Shown: one piece after another, positions 1-9,267 of the stretch | How the letters are laid out: the number at the start of each line of letters is the position of its first letter | Numbering within the stretch: position 1 is the stretch's first letter | Source: an uncultured Thermoleophilia bacterium | Lineage (GTDB): Bacteria > Actinomycetota > Thermoleophilia > UBA2241 | NCBI GenBank assembly: GCA_963715985.1 | Contig: CAVQSP010000013.1 | Span: 256,001 to 320,000 of the forward strand | Direction of reading: 5' to 3' | DNA: 64,000 bases | Notes under the pieces: generated by a model | Told to the model about the DNA's origin: nothing | Databases searched by the model: none | What the model saw: the letters and a program-made list of their open reading frames with translations, nothing else | Translations under genes and position numbers: made by a program

Positions 1-205
1 CTGGACGCCCAGGGTGTGCTCCGCGAGGGGCTCGACCTCGAACACACTGCGGTGGAGTACCTGGCCTTCGCCACCGGGCTTGGCGCGGCTGGACTATCTG
101 GACAACGAGATGTTCGAAAGGGTCGACCCCGAGAAGGTGGTCGACGGGTACCTGAGCCGGATCGGCGCACCCGCCGAGCTGGAGCGGCTGGGCATCCGGC
201 CGTGA
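1..205 (+). CDS. 3' end of a truncated gene, possibly a TetR-family C-terminal domain; apparent frameshift near 80
   Basis: Frame 16 gives LREGLDLEHTAVEYLAFATGL and frame 14 continues LDYLDNEMFERVDPEKVVDGYLSRIG to TGA at 203-205. Confidence 0.45.
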   Translation, partial: WTPRVCSARGSTSNTLRWSTWPSPPGLARLDYLDNEMFERVDPEKVVDGYLSRIGAPAELERLGIRP

Positions 206-337
206 CGGCGCGGCGCGGGGGCCGTCAGGCGAGCCGCGCCACCGCCTCCAGCTGCTCGGCCTCGACCGCGCCGTGCACGCAGCTGCATGCGGCGTGATCC
301 CTGACGATGCCGGCGTCGGCCACGAGGCGGTCGCAGG

Positions 338-1966
338 TCAAGAAGAGGGCTGCAGGGACGCCGGTGGACGCATAGCCGTACCGGTGAGGGGCGGGGCCGG
401 CGGACCCGCCGGCGCTTCGGCCGGCGGGCGCAGCCGCCTCGGCATCGCGCCGCCTCCGCTGCCGAAGCGATCGAGCATGGTCTCGAGCAGCGGCACGAAG
501 CGATGGACCTGTCCGTTGCGGATCACCCAGTCCCAGAGGGGCTCCAGCTTCTTCCAGCCGCCGGTGTAGGCAAGGTGGCGGGCGCGCTCGCGCAGATCTC
601 CGTGCGTGAAGGCCGCCGTGCAGATACTGGCCCAACGGTAGAAGTCGCGATAGGCGCCCCAGTAGCCGTCCTCGAGCTGGCCGGCCGTCATTCGGGCGGG
701 ACGGAAGACGGCATGGCGCGTGTCGTAGCGATCCCAGTCACGGCTCGTGATGCGGCCCTCGCCGGCCAGGCGTCGCTCCAGGGCGGTGCCGGGGTAGGGG
801 GTCATGATGTGGAAGGTGGCGGTCTCGATACCGCGGCTCACCGCCCAGTCCACGGTGCGCGCGAAGACCGAGAGGTCGTCGCCGTCCATCCCGAAGACGA
901 AGGCGGCGTTGACCATCACGCCCAGGTCGTGCAGACGGCGCACCGCGGCATCGTGGGATGGACCTCCGGAGCCGCCCAGGTTCTGCGTCTTGCCCGCGCT
1001 GCGCAGATTGGCCTCACTCAGCGTCTCGAAGCCGACGAAGAGGCTGCGCAGGCCGCTCTCGACCGCCTTCTCGAGGAGGCCGGGGCGGAGGACGGCCTGC
1101 ACGGTGCCGGCTGCCTGCCACACCCGGCCCATCCCCTTCAGGCCATCGAACAGCGCCTCGGCGAACGGCGGGCTGCCGAAGAGGTTGTCGTCGAGGAAGT
1201 ACAGATGGCGGCCGGGAAGGCGGTCCACCTCGGCGAGCGCGTCGTCGACGGCCTGGACGTAGAACGATCTGCCGCCGCGGAAGAACGCCTCCTTGTAGCA
1301 GAAGTCGCAGACGTGCGGGCAGCCGCGGCTCACCACCAGCGAGTTCGGCACGAGGTAGCGCTCGCGCTTGATGAGGTCGCGACGCGCCGGCGGCAGGCCG
1401 GCGAGGGTGCGCCGCGTCGACCGGTAGAGCGGCTGGGGCCGGCCGGCGCGAAAGTCGGCGAGAAACGCCGGCCAGGTGTCGTCCCCGGGGCCGCAGAACA
1501 CGCTGTCGGCGTGCCGGGCGGCCTCTGCCGGCAGACTGGTGGGATGCAGCCCGCCGAGACACACGTAGGCTCCTCTGGCCCGGTAGTGGTCGGCGTAGCG
1601 GTACGCCCGCCGCGCGGAGGTGATGTACGCCTCGATGACGACGAGGTCGGGTTCGTCGTCGAGGCGGAGCTCCTCAACGTGCTCGTCCTGCAGGTCGACC
1701 TCGTCGTCCGGGTCCAGGTGTCCGGCCAGCGTGGCGAGGCCGAGCGGCGGGAAGAGCGAGTACTTGATCGAGCGCCAGAACACGCTGTCGGCGGCCGTCT
1801 TGGCCGGGATGATCATCTTGACCCGAAGGGGGCGCCTCAGCGGAGTCCGGCGTGCCGGAGCCGGTCGCCGGTCGAGTCCGCCGCCGGACTCGCCGCTCCC
1901 ATGCGTCGCCACCGCGTGGCCGGACGGGCTCTCGGGCTTGCCGGCAGCGGGCACGGCCACCTCCAC
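338..1966 (-). CDS. B12-binding domain radical SAM protein (start may be further downstream, near LRVKMIIP)
   Basis: FPPLGLATLA B12-binding N-terminus; SRGCPHVCDFC CxxxCxxC motif; YFLDDN; TPYPGT. Confidence 0.9.
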   Translation of the reverse strand: MEVAVPAAGKPESPSGHAVATHGSGESGGGLDRRPAPARRTPLRRPLRVKMIIPAKTAADSVFWRSIKYSLFPPLGLATLAGHLDPDDEVDLQDEHVEELRLDDEPDLVVIEAYITSARRAYRYADHYRARGAYVCLGGLHPTSLPAEAARHADSVFCGPGDDTWPAFLADFRAGRPQPLYRSTRRTLAGLPPARRDLIKRERYLVPNSLVVSRGCPHVCDFCYKEAFFRGGRSFYVQAVDDALAEVDRLPGRHLYFLDDNLFGSPPFAEALFDGLKGMGRVWQAAGTVQAVLRPGLLEKAVESGLRSLFVGFETLSEANLRSAGKTQNLGGSGGPSHDAAVRRLHDLGVMVNAAFVFGMDGDDLSVFARTVDWAVSRGIETATFHIMTPYPGTALERRLAGEGRITSRDWDRYDTRHAVFRPARMTAGQLEDGYWGAYRDFYRWASICTAAFTHGDLRERARHLAYTGGWKKLEPLWDWVIRNGQVHRFVPLLETMLDRFGSGGGAMPRRLRPPAEAPAGPPAPPLTGTAMRPPASLQPSS

Positions 1967-2113
1967 ATCGGGCGCCGTCGGCGGTGTCGCAGCGCGTACC
2001 CGGCACGGTAGCGGAGGCCGGGGCGAGGCGACACCGTACCGCTGTACGGGAGTGCGTGCAGCCGCCCGCTCCCGGCCGATGCCGAGGCCCGTTGGCGGCC
2101 CTGCCGGCGTTCG

Positions 2114-2786
2114 TCAGCCGGCGGCCGGCAGCTGCGCGGCGAAGTGGTCCAGCTGGATGTCGAGCGCCGTGTCGAAGTCGCCGGGGCGGTCCCACAGGGC
2201 CAGCTGCAGACCCACGCGCAGCAGGTGGGGGTAGTCGGCCCAGTGCCCGGTGAGCTCGCCGACGATGGTCGCCGGCGGCACGTCCAGGCTGAGCATGCTG
2301 GCGTACCCGAGCCCGATGGTGTACGCACCGAGCGTGTGGAACAGGGAGGCGGCCTGGTCGGGCGTGAAGCCGGCCCCGAGCAGCACGCCCATCAGCTCCT
2401 CCATCCAGCGGCGCCCGCTGGGGGTGCGCAGCACGGCCGTGCTGATCAGCGGCAAGGCGCGCGGGTGGTCCTGCACGAGCTCGTACAGGCCGATGAACAG
2501 CTCCCGCGTGCGCTCCCGCCAGCCGGTCGCGCGCGACGGTGCTGCGCCCGCGCGCGCCGGTGCCCTGCGCGCCGTGGTCGCCCAGCGCCGCCTCCGCGAT
2601 GCACTCCGCCACGGCGTCGAGGATCGACTCCTTGTTGGGGACGTGGTGGTAGAGGCTCATCGGCTTCACGCCGACCGCCGCCGCCAGCCGCCGCATGTTG
2701 AGCGCGCCCAGGCCCTCGTCGTCGATGATCTCCAGCGCGGCCTCGATGATGCGCACGCGTGTAAGGGGTTCTCGAACGCCGGCCAC
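2114..2786 (-). CDS. TetR/AcrR-family regulator with TetR_C domain; frameshift near 2520-2560
   Basis: HTH IIEAALEIIDDEGLGALNMRRLAAAVGVKPMSLYHHVPNKESIL in one frame; C-domain HPRALPL...GDFDTALDIQLD in another; GGAGG RBS before GTG at 2786. Confidence 0.8.
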
Positions 2787-2803
2787 GGCGCCTCCAGTCG
2801 TCG

Positions 2804-2834
2804 ACCGTACAAAGTATGACATACAAAGTACGGT
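2804..2834. promoter_or_regulatory. Tandem palindromic operator upstream of the TetR gene
   Basis: ACCGTAC-AAA-GTATG-A-CATAC-AAA-GTACGGT: two TAC-N3-GTA units within a larger dyad, AT-rich, about 18 bp from the start codon. Confidence 0.6.
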
Positions 2835-2912
2835 AACGGCCGCCGCCCCCTGGGGCAAGACGTGGCGTGTGAGGGGAGTGGTCGACGAGGTCCCGGCGGT
2901 CCCGCTGCTCCG

Positions 2913-3140
2913 TCACCGTCCCAGGGCTTCGAAACGTGCGGCGGTCAGACCAGCCTGGCGGAGGATGCTGCGTAGCGTGCCGGCGGCGATCTCGGCATGA
3001 CGCGGGACGATCACAACGCGCTCCCCACTGGTCGTCGCGAGGATGAACTTGACGTGACTACCGCGAGTGCCGCGCTCAACGAAGCCGGCGGCGAGGAGTC
3101 TGCGCCGGACCTCCCGATACGGGAGGGCCCTAAGCGGCAT
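2913..3140 (-). CDS. hicA: HicA-family toxin (mRNA interferase)
   Basis: 75 aa; LLAAGF..RGSHVKF..VIVPRH.EIAAGTLRSILRQAGL signature. Confidence 0.9.
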   Translation of the reverse strand: MPLRALPYREVRRRLLAAGFVERGTRGSHVKFILATTSGERVVIVPRHAEIAAGTLRSILRQAGLTAARFEALGR

Positions 3141-3336
3141 CGATGTCGGCGCGGACCTTTCTCACGCGGGGCGGGGCTGTAGCTCGGGGTGCCTCGAAGA
3201 ACAGCTCAAGCGCTTCCCGGAGGTTGCGCAACGCCTCGTCCTCGGACGAGCCCTGACTGGCAACGTCCACATCAAGACACTGCGCGACGAACTGGTCGCC
3301 TTCCAAGGTGACAACGGCGCTGAATTCGCGAGTCAC
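3130..3336 (-). CDS. hicB: HicB-family antitoxin (short form)
   Basis: FVAQCLDVDVASQGSSEDEALRNLREALELFFE; overlaps the hicA start. Confidence 0.9.
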   Translation of the reverse strand: MTREFSAVVTLEGDQFVAQCLDVDVASQGSSEDEALRNLREALELFFEAPRATAPPRVRKVRADIDAA

Positions 3337-3442
3337 GTCGATCCTCCAAGCTCAGCCGATTCGATGATAGGCGGCCTTACGCGAGACAGCAAGGTGGACG
3401 ATCCGTCGGCGCTGGCGCGACCGAGCCAAGCCCGGCGAGCCC

Positions 3443-4273
3443 TCAGCCCAGTGGCGCCACCCAGCTGGCCGTGGCGCGCCCGGTCCAGCGGCCGTCGTCG
3501 TGCCGTGAGACGCTGACGGGGGCGCCGAAGCAGGCGGTGAGCGGGTCGTCGGCGAGCACGTCGGCGACGGGGCCGGCGGCGACCACCTGCCCCGCGCGCA
3601 GCAGCAGGGCGTGGGTCGTTGTGGCCGGCAGCTCCTCGAGGTGGTGCGTGACGGTGACGACGGCCGGGGCGGGCTGCTCGCCGGCGAGCAAAGCGAGCGC
3701 CGCGAGCAGCGCCTCCCGGCCGGGCAGGTCCAGACCGTCGGCCGGTTCGTCCAGCAGGAGCAGAGGTGGGCGGCGCACGAGGGCGCGAGCCAGCAGGACG
3801 CGCCGCCGCTCGCCTTGCGAGCAGGACGCGAACGTGTGCCCGGCGACGGCGGCGCAGCCGAACTGCCCCAGCAGCGCGACGGCGCGTTGGCGGTCCTCCG
3901 GCGCGAGTCGCTCCGGCAGCACCTGAATGGTCCCGGTGACGCCGGTGAGCGTGACCTCGAGCGCCGTGCGCCGCGGCGAGAACGCCTCCTCGGTCTTCAC
4001 GTCCACGTGGCCGATGCTCTCGCGCAGCGTGCGCAGGTCCACGTGGCCGACGGTCTGGCCGAGGATGCGCACGGCGCCACGGCTGGGGTGGCGTACGCCG
4101 GCGGCGATGTCCATCAGGGTCGACTTGCCGGCGCCGTTGGGGCCGAGTACCGCCCATTGCTGGCCCGGTCCGACCGACCAGGTCACCTCGCTGAGGATGG
4201 GCTGCCGAACGCGAGCGCGCTCGTCCCACTCCCAGACGGTGACACCGTCGAAGGCCAGAGCGGGGCGCGTCAC
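3443..4273 (-). CDS. ABC transporter ATP-binding protein (ModF-like)
   Basis: Walker A GPNGAGKS, signature CSQGE, Walker B LLLLDEP, VTHH. Confidence 0.9.
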   Translation of the reverse strand: MTRPALAFDGVTVWEWDERARVRQPILSEVTWSVGPGQQWAVLGPNGAGKSTLMDIAAGVRHPSRGAVRILGQTVGHVDLRTLRESIGHVDVKTEEAFSPRRTALEVTLTGVTGTIQVLPERLAPEDRQRAVALLGQFGCAAVAGHTFASCSQGERRRVLLARALVRRPPLLLLDEPADGLDLPGREALLAALALLAGEQPAPAVVTVTHHLEELPATTTHALLLRAGQVVAAGPVADVLADDPLTACFGAPVSVSRHDDGRWTGRATASWVAPLG

Positions 4274-4278
4274 GCCGG

Positions 4279-5346
4279 TCAGCCGAGCCGCGCGACGCGC
4301 TCGCCGCGGACGCTCAGCCGCGCTGCGGCGGAGGCCACGGCGAGTGCCTCAGGCTCTTCGGCGGTGAGGCCGACGCGGGCGCGCGCAGGTCCGCTGGCGC
4401 GCGCGCCCGTCTTCGCTCTCGGCCAGGCGCGCACGGCCGCCTCCACGGCCTCGTGGCCGCCTGTGGCGAAGGCCGTCGCGAGGCGCGCGGCGACCTCTGC
4501 GTCGGGGCTCGCGGCCGCGAACTCGGCCGCCGCGAGCGCATAGCCGTTGCCGTTGAAGCTCAGCGAGACGCCGCCCCACTCGCGCACGGCGGCCAGCGCC
4601 GGCGCGTCCGTGATCGAGTCGCCGACGTACATCACCGCGTCACCGCTCACGCCCTCAGCGGCCATGATCTCCTCGAGCGCGGCGAGCTTCATGCCGCCGC
4701 CCACGGGGCGGACGGCGGCCAGCATCTCGCCGCTCACGCGCCCCGCCATCTGCGTCCAGAACAGATCGTCCAGGCGCGCCACGGTGACGGCATCGCCGGC
4801 CGTGAGGTCGTTCGCGGTCCGCGCCTCGTCGGGGATCTCGATGAGGCTGCGCTCCATGATCCCGCCGGCCTCGTCGCGGAGCCACGCCTTCTCGTCTGCC
4901 GGCATGTGCCAGGCGTCCAGGCTCAGCTCGGTACAGCGGACCCGCTCGAAGGGGAACCCGCTGACGAGGCACAGCGCTCTGAGATACGGCGTGTAGGAGG
5001 TCGAGATGATGTAGGCCGGCAGCCGCGCGCCGATCTGCGCAAGTGCCTTGAGTGCCCCGGGCACCGTGAGCACGCCCTCGGCGCTGAAGAGTCCCACATC
5101 CTCGTCGGTGACCTCGAACGCCTTGAGAAATGGAGGCAGCAGGCGCAGCGTGTCGCCGGCGTTGTAGCCCGGCCTGCGGACCACGTCGGCGAGGAAGTCG
5201 TCGTAGCGGCTCAGGCGCGCGAAGAAGTCGGCCCCGTCGGGGAGGAAGCGCGCGGCGATCTCCTGGGCGTTGTCGTTGCGGGTGAGCGGGCCTTCGCAGT
5301 CGGTGACGTAGATACGGCGGGCCGGCGCGGCGCCCCCGTCGCTCAT
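4279..5346 (-). CDS. EhaR-like (COG4030) HAD-superfamily phosphatase
   Basis: HAD motif I variant TDCEGP, NDNA, SRYDD, YNAGDTL, ISTSY, motif IV YVGDSITD, SFNGNGYA. Confidence 0.75.
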   Translation of the reverse strand: MSDGGAAPARRIYVTDCEGPLTRNDNAQEIAARFLPDGADFFARLSRYDDFLADVVRRPGYNAGDTLRLLPPFLKAFEVTDEDVGLFSAEGVLTVPGALKALAQIGARLPAYIISTSYTPYLRALCLVSGFPFERVRCTELSLDAWHMPADEKAWLRDEAGGIMERSLIEIPDEARTANDLTAGDAVTVARLDDLFWTQMAGRVSGEMLAAVRPVGGGMKLAALEEIMAAEGVSGDAVMYVGDSITDAPALAAVREWGGVSLSFNGNGYALAAAEFAAASPDAEVAARLATAFATGGHEAVEAAVRAWPRAKTGARASGPARARVGLTAEEPEALAVASAAARLSVRGERVARLG

Positions 5347-6152
5347 CGCGCCGCGACCTCCTCGTCGACCGCCTCGGTGAGGTCGAGCGGCAGTCTGGCC
5401 GCCTCGGCGAACACGGCTCCGTTGGACGTGTTGAGGCGGCCCTCGGTGAACAGCCTGAGCGTCCGGTACAGCAGGGGGATCTCGCGCACCTCGCCGCGCC
5501 GGCGGATCTCCGCGAAGAGCGGCTCGTCCTCACCCTCGGCGGCGGCGATCTCGGCCACGCTCATCGAGGCGCGTTTGGCCCGGAACTGCTGCCACAGCGG
5601 AGCCCAGTCGTCGCCGCGCAACGGCAGCCGGAAGAAGGCGACCACCGGTCCGCGGTCCAGCTCGGCGGTGGCGAGGTGGATCATGGCTCCGGTCTCGACG
5701 GCCTCCTCCTCGAGCAGCTGCCAGATGACCTCCTGCCACGTGCCCGTGGGCCCGCCGGGGAGTGCCGGATGCAGGTTGAGGATGGCGTACCGGCGGCACA
5801 TGGCAGGGCTGGCGATGAGCATGTACCCGGCCATGACGAGCACGCCGAGGCGGTAGGGTACGAGCAGGTCCATCACGCCACGGTGATACTCCTCGCGCCA
5901 GGTCGCCCGGCTCACGCCCAGCTCCTGCGCGGCCCTCCAGCTGGCGGCGCTGGAGAGGGTGACCAGAGGGACGTCGAGCCGCTCGACGAGGTCCAGGAAG
6001 CGGTCGCTCTCGGGCGCCTCGCCGCGCTCGCGGTCGCTGAACACCGCGCCGATGTGCAGCGGAAGGCCGTCCAGCTGGGCACGTGCGAGCACGTCGGCGA
6101 GGAGGTTGACGGCCGCCTGGTCGCGTCCCGTGGAGAGCCAGCCGATCCTCAC
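5343..6152 (-). CDS. purN: Phosphoribosylglycinamide formyltransferase (long, atypical form)
   Basis: IGWLSTGRD, MAGYMLI, NLHPALP, GAMIHL...LDRGP; GTGA overlap with pfkB. Confidence 0.8.
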   Translation of the reverse strand: MRIGWLSTGRDQAAVNLLADVLARAQLDGLPLHIGAVFSDRERGEAPESDRFLDLVERLDVPLVTLSSAASWRAAQELGVSRATWREEYHRGVMDLLVPYRLGVLVMAGYMLIASPAMCRRYAILNLHPALPGGPTGTWQEVIWQLLEEEAVETGAMIHLATAELDRGPVVAFFRLPLRGDDWAPLWQQFRAKRASMSVAEIAAAEGEDEPLFAEIRRRGEVREIPLLYRTLRLFTEGRLNTSNGAVFAEAARLPLDLTEAVDEEVAAR

Positions 6153-7156
6153 GGCGCCCTCCAGGCCGCGCCGGTGAGGTCGGGCTCGCCACGCTCCTCC
6201 GCGAGCCGGGCGCGCCACTGGACGGCGTCCGGGTACGTGCTGCGCCCGAGGCCGGCGATGCCGCGGCTGGCCGCCCAGGCCGCCAGCCGGCCGGCGCCTT
6301 CGAGGCCGACGCCCTCCATCATGCCGGCCAGGAAGCCGGCCGCGAACAGGTCGCCGGCGCCTGTGACGTCGACCACTTCCACGGGCAACGGCGGTACGTA
6401 CGCGTCCACGCGGCGGCCGACAAGGCGCGCGCCGCGGCCGCCCATCTTGCACACCACGAGGCCGACGCCGGCGTTGAGGATGAAGTCGAGCGACTCGGGC
6501 AGCGAGAGCCCGCAGAGCATCTCGAGCTCCTTCTCGGTCGCGAACAGGTACGAGCAACGCCGCAGCAGGGGCAGAAAGCGTTTGACGCCCTTGCGCGCGT
6601 AGATCTCACCCGGGTCGAAGGCGATCTCGGTCTCGGCGGGCAGCCGCCCCAGCAGCGCAAGCTGGGCCGCCAGCGGCCCGTCGCCGACGAAGCTGGAGAA
6701 GTAGGCGAAGCGGGTGCGCGGCAGCCGCTTGGGGACGTCGGCGGCGGAGAGCTCGTCGTTGGCCCCCGGCCACACGAGGTTGCGGCGCTCGCCGTTCTCG
6801 TCCAGCAGTACGTACACGCGCCCGGTCTCGCCGCCGCGGGCGACGAAGCGGCCCTCAGCGGGCGCGAGCTCGTCGACCATGAAGCGGCCCTCGTCGTCCT
6901 CACCCACGCGCCCGAGCATGGCCGCGTGGTAGCCCAGGCGCCCGATGGCGTTGGCTGTGTTGGCCGCCTGGCCGCCGCCAGAGCGCGCAGGCGTGACGTG
7001 GGCCAGCGCCTCGTCCACGGCGCGGCGCACGCGGGCGTCCAGGAGCTGCTCAGTGCCCGGCGGCCCGAGCTCCTCCCAGAGCGGGAACGTGCGCGGCAGA
7101 CGGTAGATGAGATCGAGGTTCAGCGCGCCGCAGCCGATGAGATCGAGCGGCCTCAC
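6149..7156 (-). CDS. PfkB/ribokinase-family carbohydrate or nucleoside kinase
   Basis: SGGGQAANTA, GRVGEDDEG, VVDVTGAGDLFAAGF. Confidence 0.9.
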   Translation of the reverse strand: MRPLDLIGCGALNLDLIYRLPRTFPLWEELGPPGTEQLLDARVRRAVDEALAHVTPARSGGGQAANTANAIGRLGYHAAMLGRVGEDDEGRFMVDELAPAEGRFVARGGETGRVYVLLDENGERRNLVWPGANDELSAADVPKRLPRTRFAYFSSFVGDGPLAAQLALLGRLPAETEIAFDPGEIYARKGVKRFLPLLRRCSYLFATEKELEMLCGLSLPESLDFILNAGVGLVVCKMGGRGARLVGRRVDAYVPPLPVEVVDVTGAGDLFAAGFLAGMMEGVGLEGAGRLAAWAASRGIAGLGRSTYPDAVQWRARLAEERGEPDLTGAAWRAP

Positions 7157-8232
7157 AGCTTGAGCTCACCCCGGTAGCGCACGGCCGGTCCGTCGCCGCG
7201 CGGCGCGACACGTCCCACCACCTCGGCCTCGAGCTTCCCGCGCCTGATCACTTCGAGGTTCTTCTCCACGTGCTTCGGGTCCATCGACACGACCATGCCG
7301 AGCCCGCAGTTGAAGGTGTCCAGCATCTCCTCACGGCTCACTCCCAGGGAGTGCAGCCAGCTGAACACCGGTCCTGGCGGCCAGGTCTCCAGGTCGATCT
7401 CGGCGGCCAGACCGTCGGGCACGGCCCTGCCGACGTTGTCGGGAAACCCGCCGCCGGTGATGTGCGCGGCGGCGTGCACGCCCCCGGCGTGCCCCAGGTC
7501 GTGCAGCACAGGGCTGTAGATGGTGGTCGGCGTGAGGATGACGTCGCCGACTGTCGCGTTGGGACCGGCGTGCACACAGAAGGCGCCGCCCTCGCTGAGG
7601 AACTTGCTGTGCAGGTCGATGGCGTGCTCCTTGAGCAGGTGGCGCACGAGGCTGAAGCCGTTGGAGTGCAAGCCGCTGGAGCAGATGCCGACGAGCACGT
7701 CCCCGTCGGCCACGAGGTGGGGCCCCCACAGCTCGTCGCGCTCAGCCAGCCCGACCGCGAACCCAGCCATGTCGAAGTCGCCCGCGGGGAACTGACCAGG
7801 GTGCTCTGCCGTCTCGCCGCCGAGCAGCACGCACTGCGCCAGCAGGCAGCCCTCGTCCACGCCGGCCACGATCTCCGCGACCTCATCGGGCACGACCTTG
7901 CCGACCACCAGGTAGTCGAGGAAGAAGAGCGGCACCGCCCCGCAGGCGGAGACGTCGTTGACGCTCATCGCGACGAGGTCGATGCCTATGGTGCCGAGCC
8001 GGCCCATGGCGCGGGCGATCTCGATCTTGGTGCCGACGCCGTCGGTGCCGGCCACGAGCACCGGGTCTTTGAGCTTCGGCAGGCGCATCGCTCCGCCGAA
8101 GCCGCCCAGGCCGCCCAGCACGAGCGGGTGCTGCGTGCTCTTGAGGCGCTCCTTGAGGAGGTCCACGGCGCGGTTCCCGGCCTCCACGTCCACCCCGGCC
8201 GCCTTGTAGGTGAACCCCTGGTCGTCAGTCAT
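7153..8232 (-). CDS. purM: AIR synthetase
   Basis: YKAAGVD, TDGVGTK, GGETAEHPG, GLHSNGFSLVR, HITGGG, TFNCGLG. Confidence 0.97.
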   Translation of the reverse strand: MTDDQGFTYKAAGVDVEAGNRAVDLLKERLKSTQHPLVLGGLGGFGGAMRLPKLKDPVLVAGTDGVGTKIEIARAMGRLGTIGIDLVAMSVNDVSACGAVPLFFLDYLVVGKVVPDEVAEIVAGVDEGCLLAQCVLLGGETAEHPGQFPAGDFDMAGFAVGLAERDELWGPHLVADGDVLVGICSSGLHSNGFSLVRHLLKEHAIDLHSKFLSEGGAFCVHAGPNATVGDVILTPTTIYSPVLHDLGHAGGVHAAAHITGGGFPDNVGRAVPDGLAAEIDLETWPPGPVFSWLHSLGVSREEMLDTFNCGLGMVVSMDPKHVEKNLEVIRRGKLEAEVVGRVAPRGDGPAVRYRGELKL

Positions 8233-8381
8233 GCAGCTCCCCCGTCGCCGATGCCGCCCAGTCTACGTCGACGGTCGGGGACGGGCCAGTGGTCCGCCGC
8301 GGCCTGCGCTGCTTGAGGCAGGAGCGGGCGAGCCATACTGTGTGAGCAGGGCGGCGACTCTCCGGGACGTGGCGATCATCT

Positions 8382-9110
8382 ATGACAGGGCGTGCGACAG
8401 GCGACGAGCGGGACGCGAGCGGCCGGCTCCGCCTCCGGCCGCGGCGCCTGAACACCGCCGTGGCGGCGCTCTTCATGACCGGCTCACTGGGCTTCGCGCT
8501 GGGCTCGACCGGGGCCTACGCCGGGGCGGTGAGCACCACCGCAGACGCTGTGACGTTCTTTGTCTCCTCGGTCTTCTTCACGTCGGCGTCATTCCTTCAG
8601 CTGGTGCAGAGCCAGAGCCCGGCGATGGCACCCGCGGCCGGCAGCGATGTCGAGCCTGCACCCGTGCGCCTGCTCGCCTGGCTGCCTCGCGACAAGGCCT
8701 GGCTGGCTGCGGCCATCCAGTTCCCCGGGACGCTCTACTTCAACGGCACCACGTTCTGGGCCATCACGACGTCGATGTCGTCGAGCCAGTACGACGCGGT
8801 GGTATGGCGCCCAGACTTCTACGGCTCGATCCTCTTTCTGGTCTCCAGCGCCTTCGCGATCCTCGCCGCCGGACGACTCCTCTCATGGCGTCCCCGCGAT
8901 GCCGGGTGGCGCATCGCGTGGCTCAACATGATCGGGTCCATCGCCTTCATGGCATCGGCCGTCGCCGCCTACGTCGCGCCTGAAGCGACCGCGCCGGTCG
9001 ATGCCACCCTTGCCGACCGCGGGACGTTCGTGGGCGCCGTGTGCTTCTTCGCCGGCGCTCTGCTCATGATCCCGGCCTGGCGGCGCGCCCGGCGCCAGGT
9101 CGTGACCTGA
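8382..9110 (+). CDS. Multi-pass membrane protein (YrhK-like)
   Basis: About six hydrophobic segments; FFVSSVFFTSAS, VWRPDFYGSILF. Confidence 0.7.
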   Translation: MTGRATGDERDASGRLRLRPRRLNTAVAALFMTGSLGFALGSTGAYAGAVSTTADAVTFFVSSVFFTSASFLQLVQSQSPAMAPAAGSDVEPAPVRLLAWLPRDKAWLAAAIQFPGTLYFNGTTFWAITTSMSSSQYDAVVWRPDFYGSILFLVSSAFAILAAGRLLSWRPRDAGWRIAWLNMIGSIAFMASAVAAYVAPEATAPVDATLADRGTFVGAVCFFAGALLMIPAWRRARRQVVT

Positions 9111-9267
9111 GCGAAAGACGTGACGCGGGGCTGGGCGCGTGCGGGTGCCCAGGAAGCGTCCCCGGAGTCTTGTCCCCGCGTACTGGCAGAAGGTGCCACC
9201 CTAAGTGAGCAACGACCCGTCCCCGTCTCAGGGGGTCTTCAGGATCCGCCGTGCTCCGGCGGCAACC

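Noticed and set aside
338-1966. Radical SAM gene as PylB
   Set aside because: It has a B12-binding N-domain and is not the BioB/HydE-like PylB type
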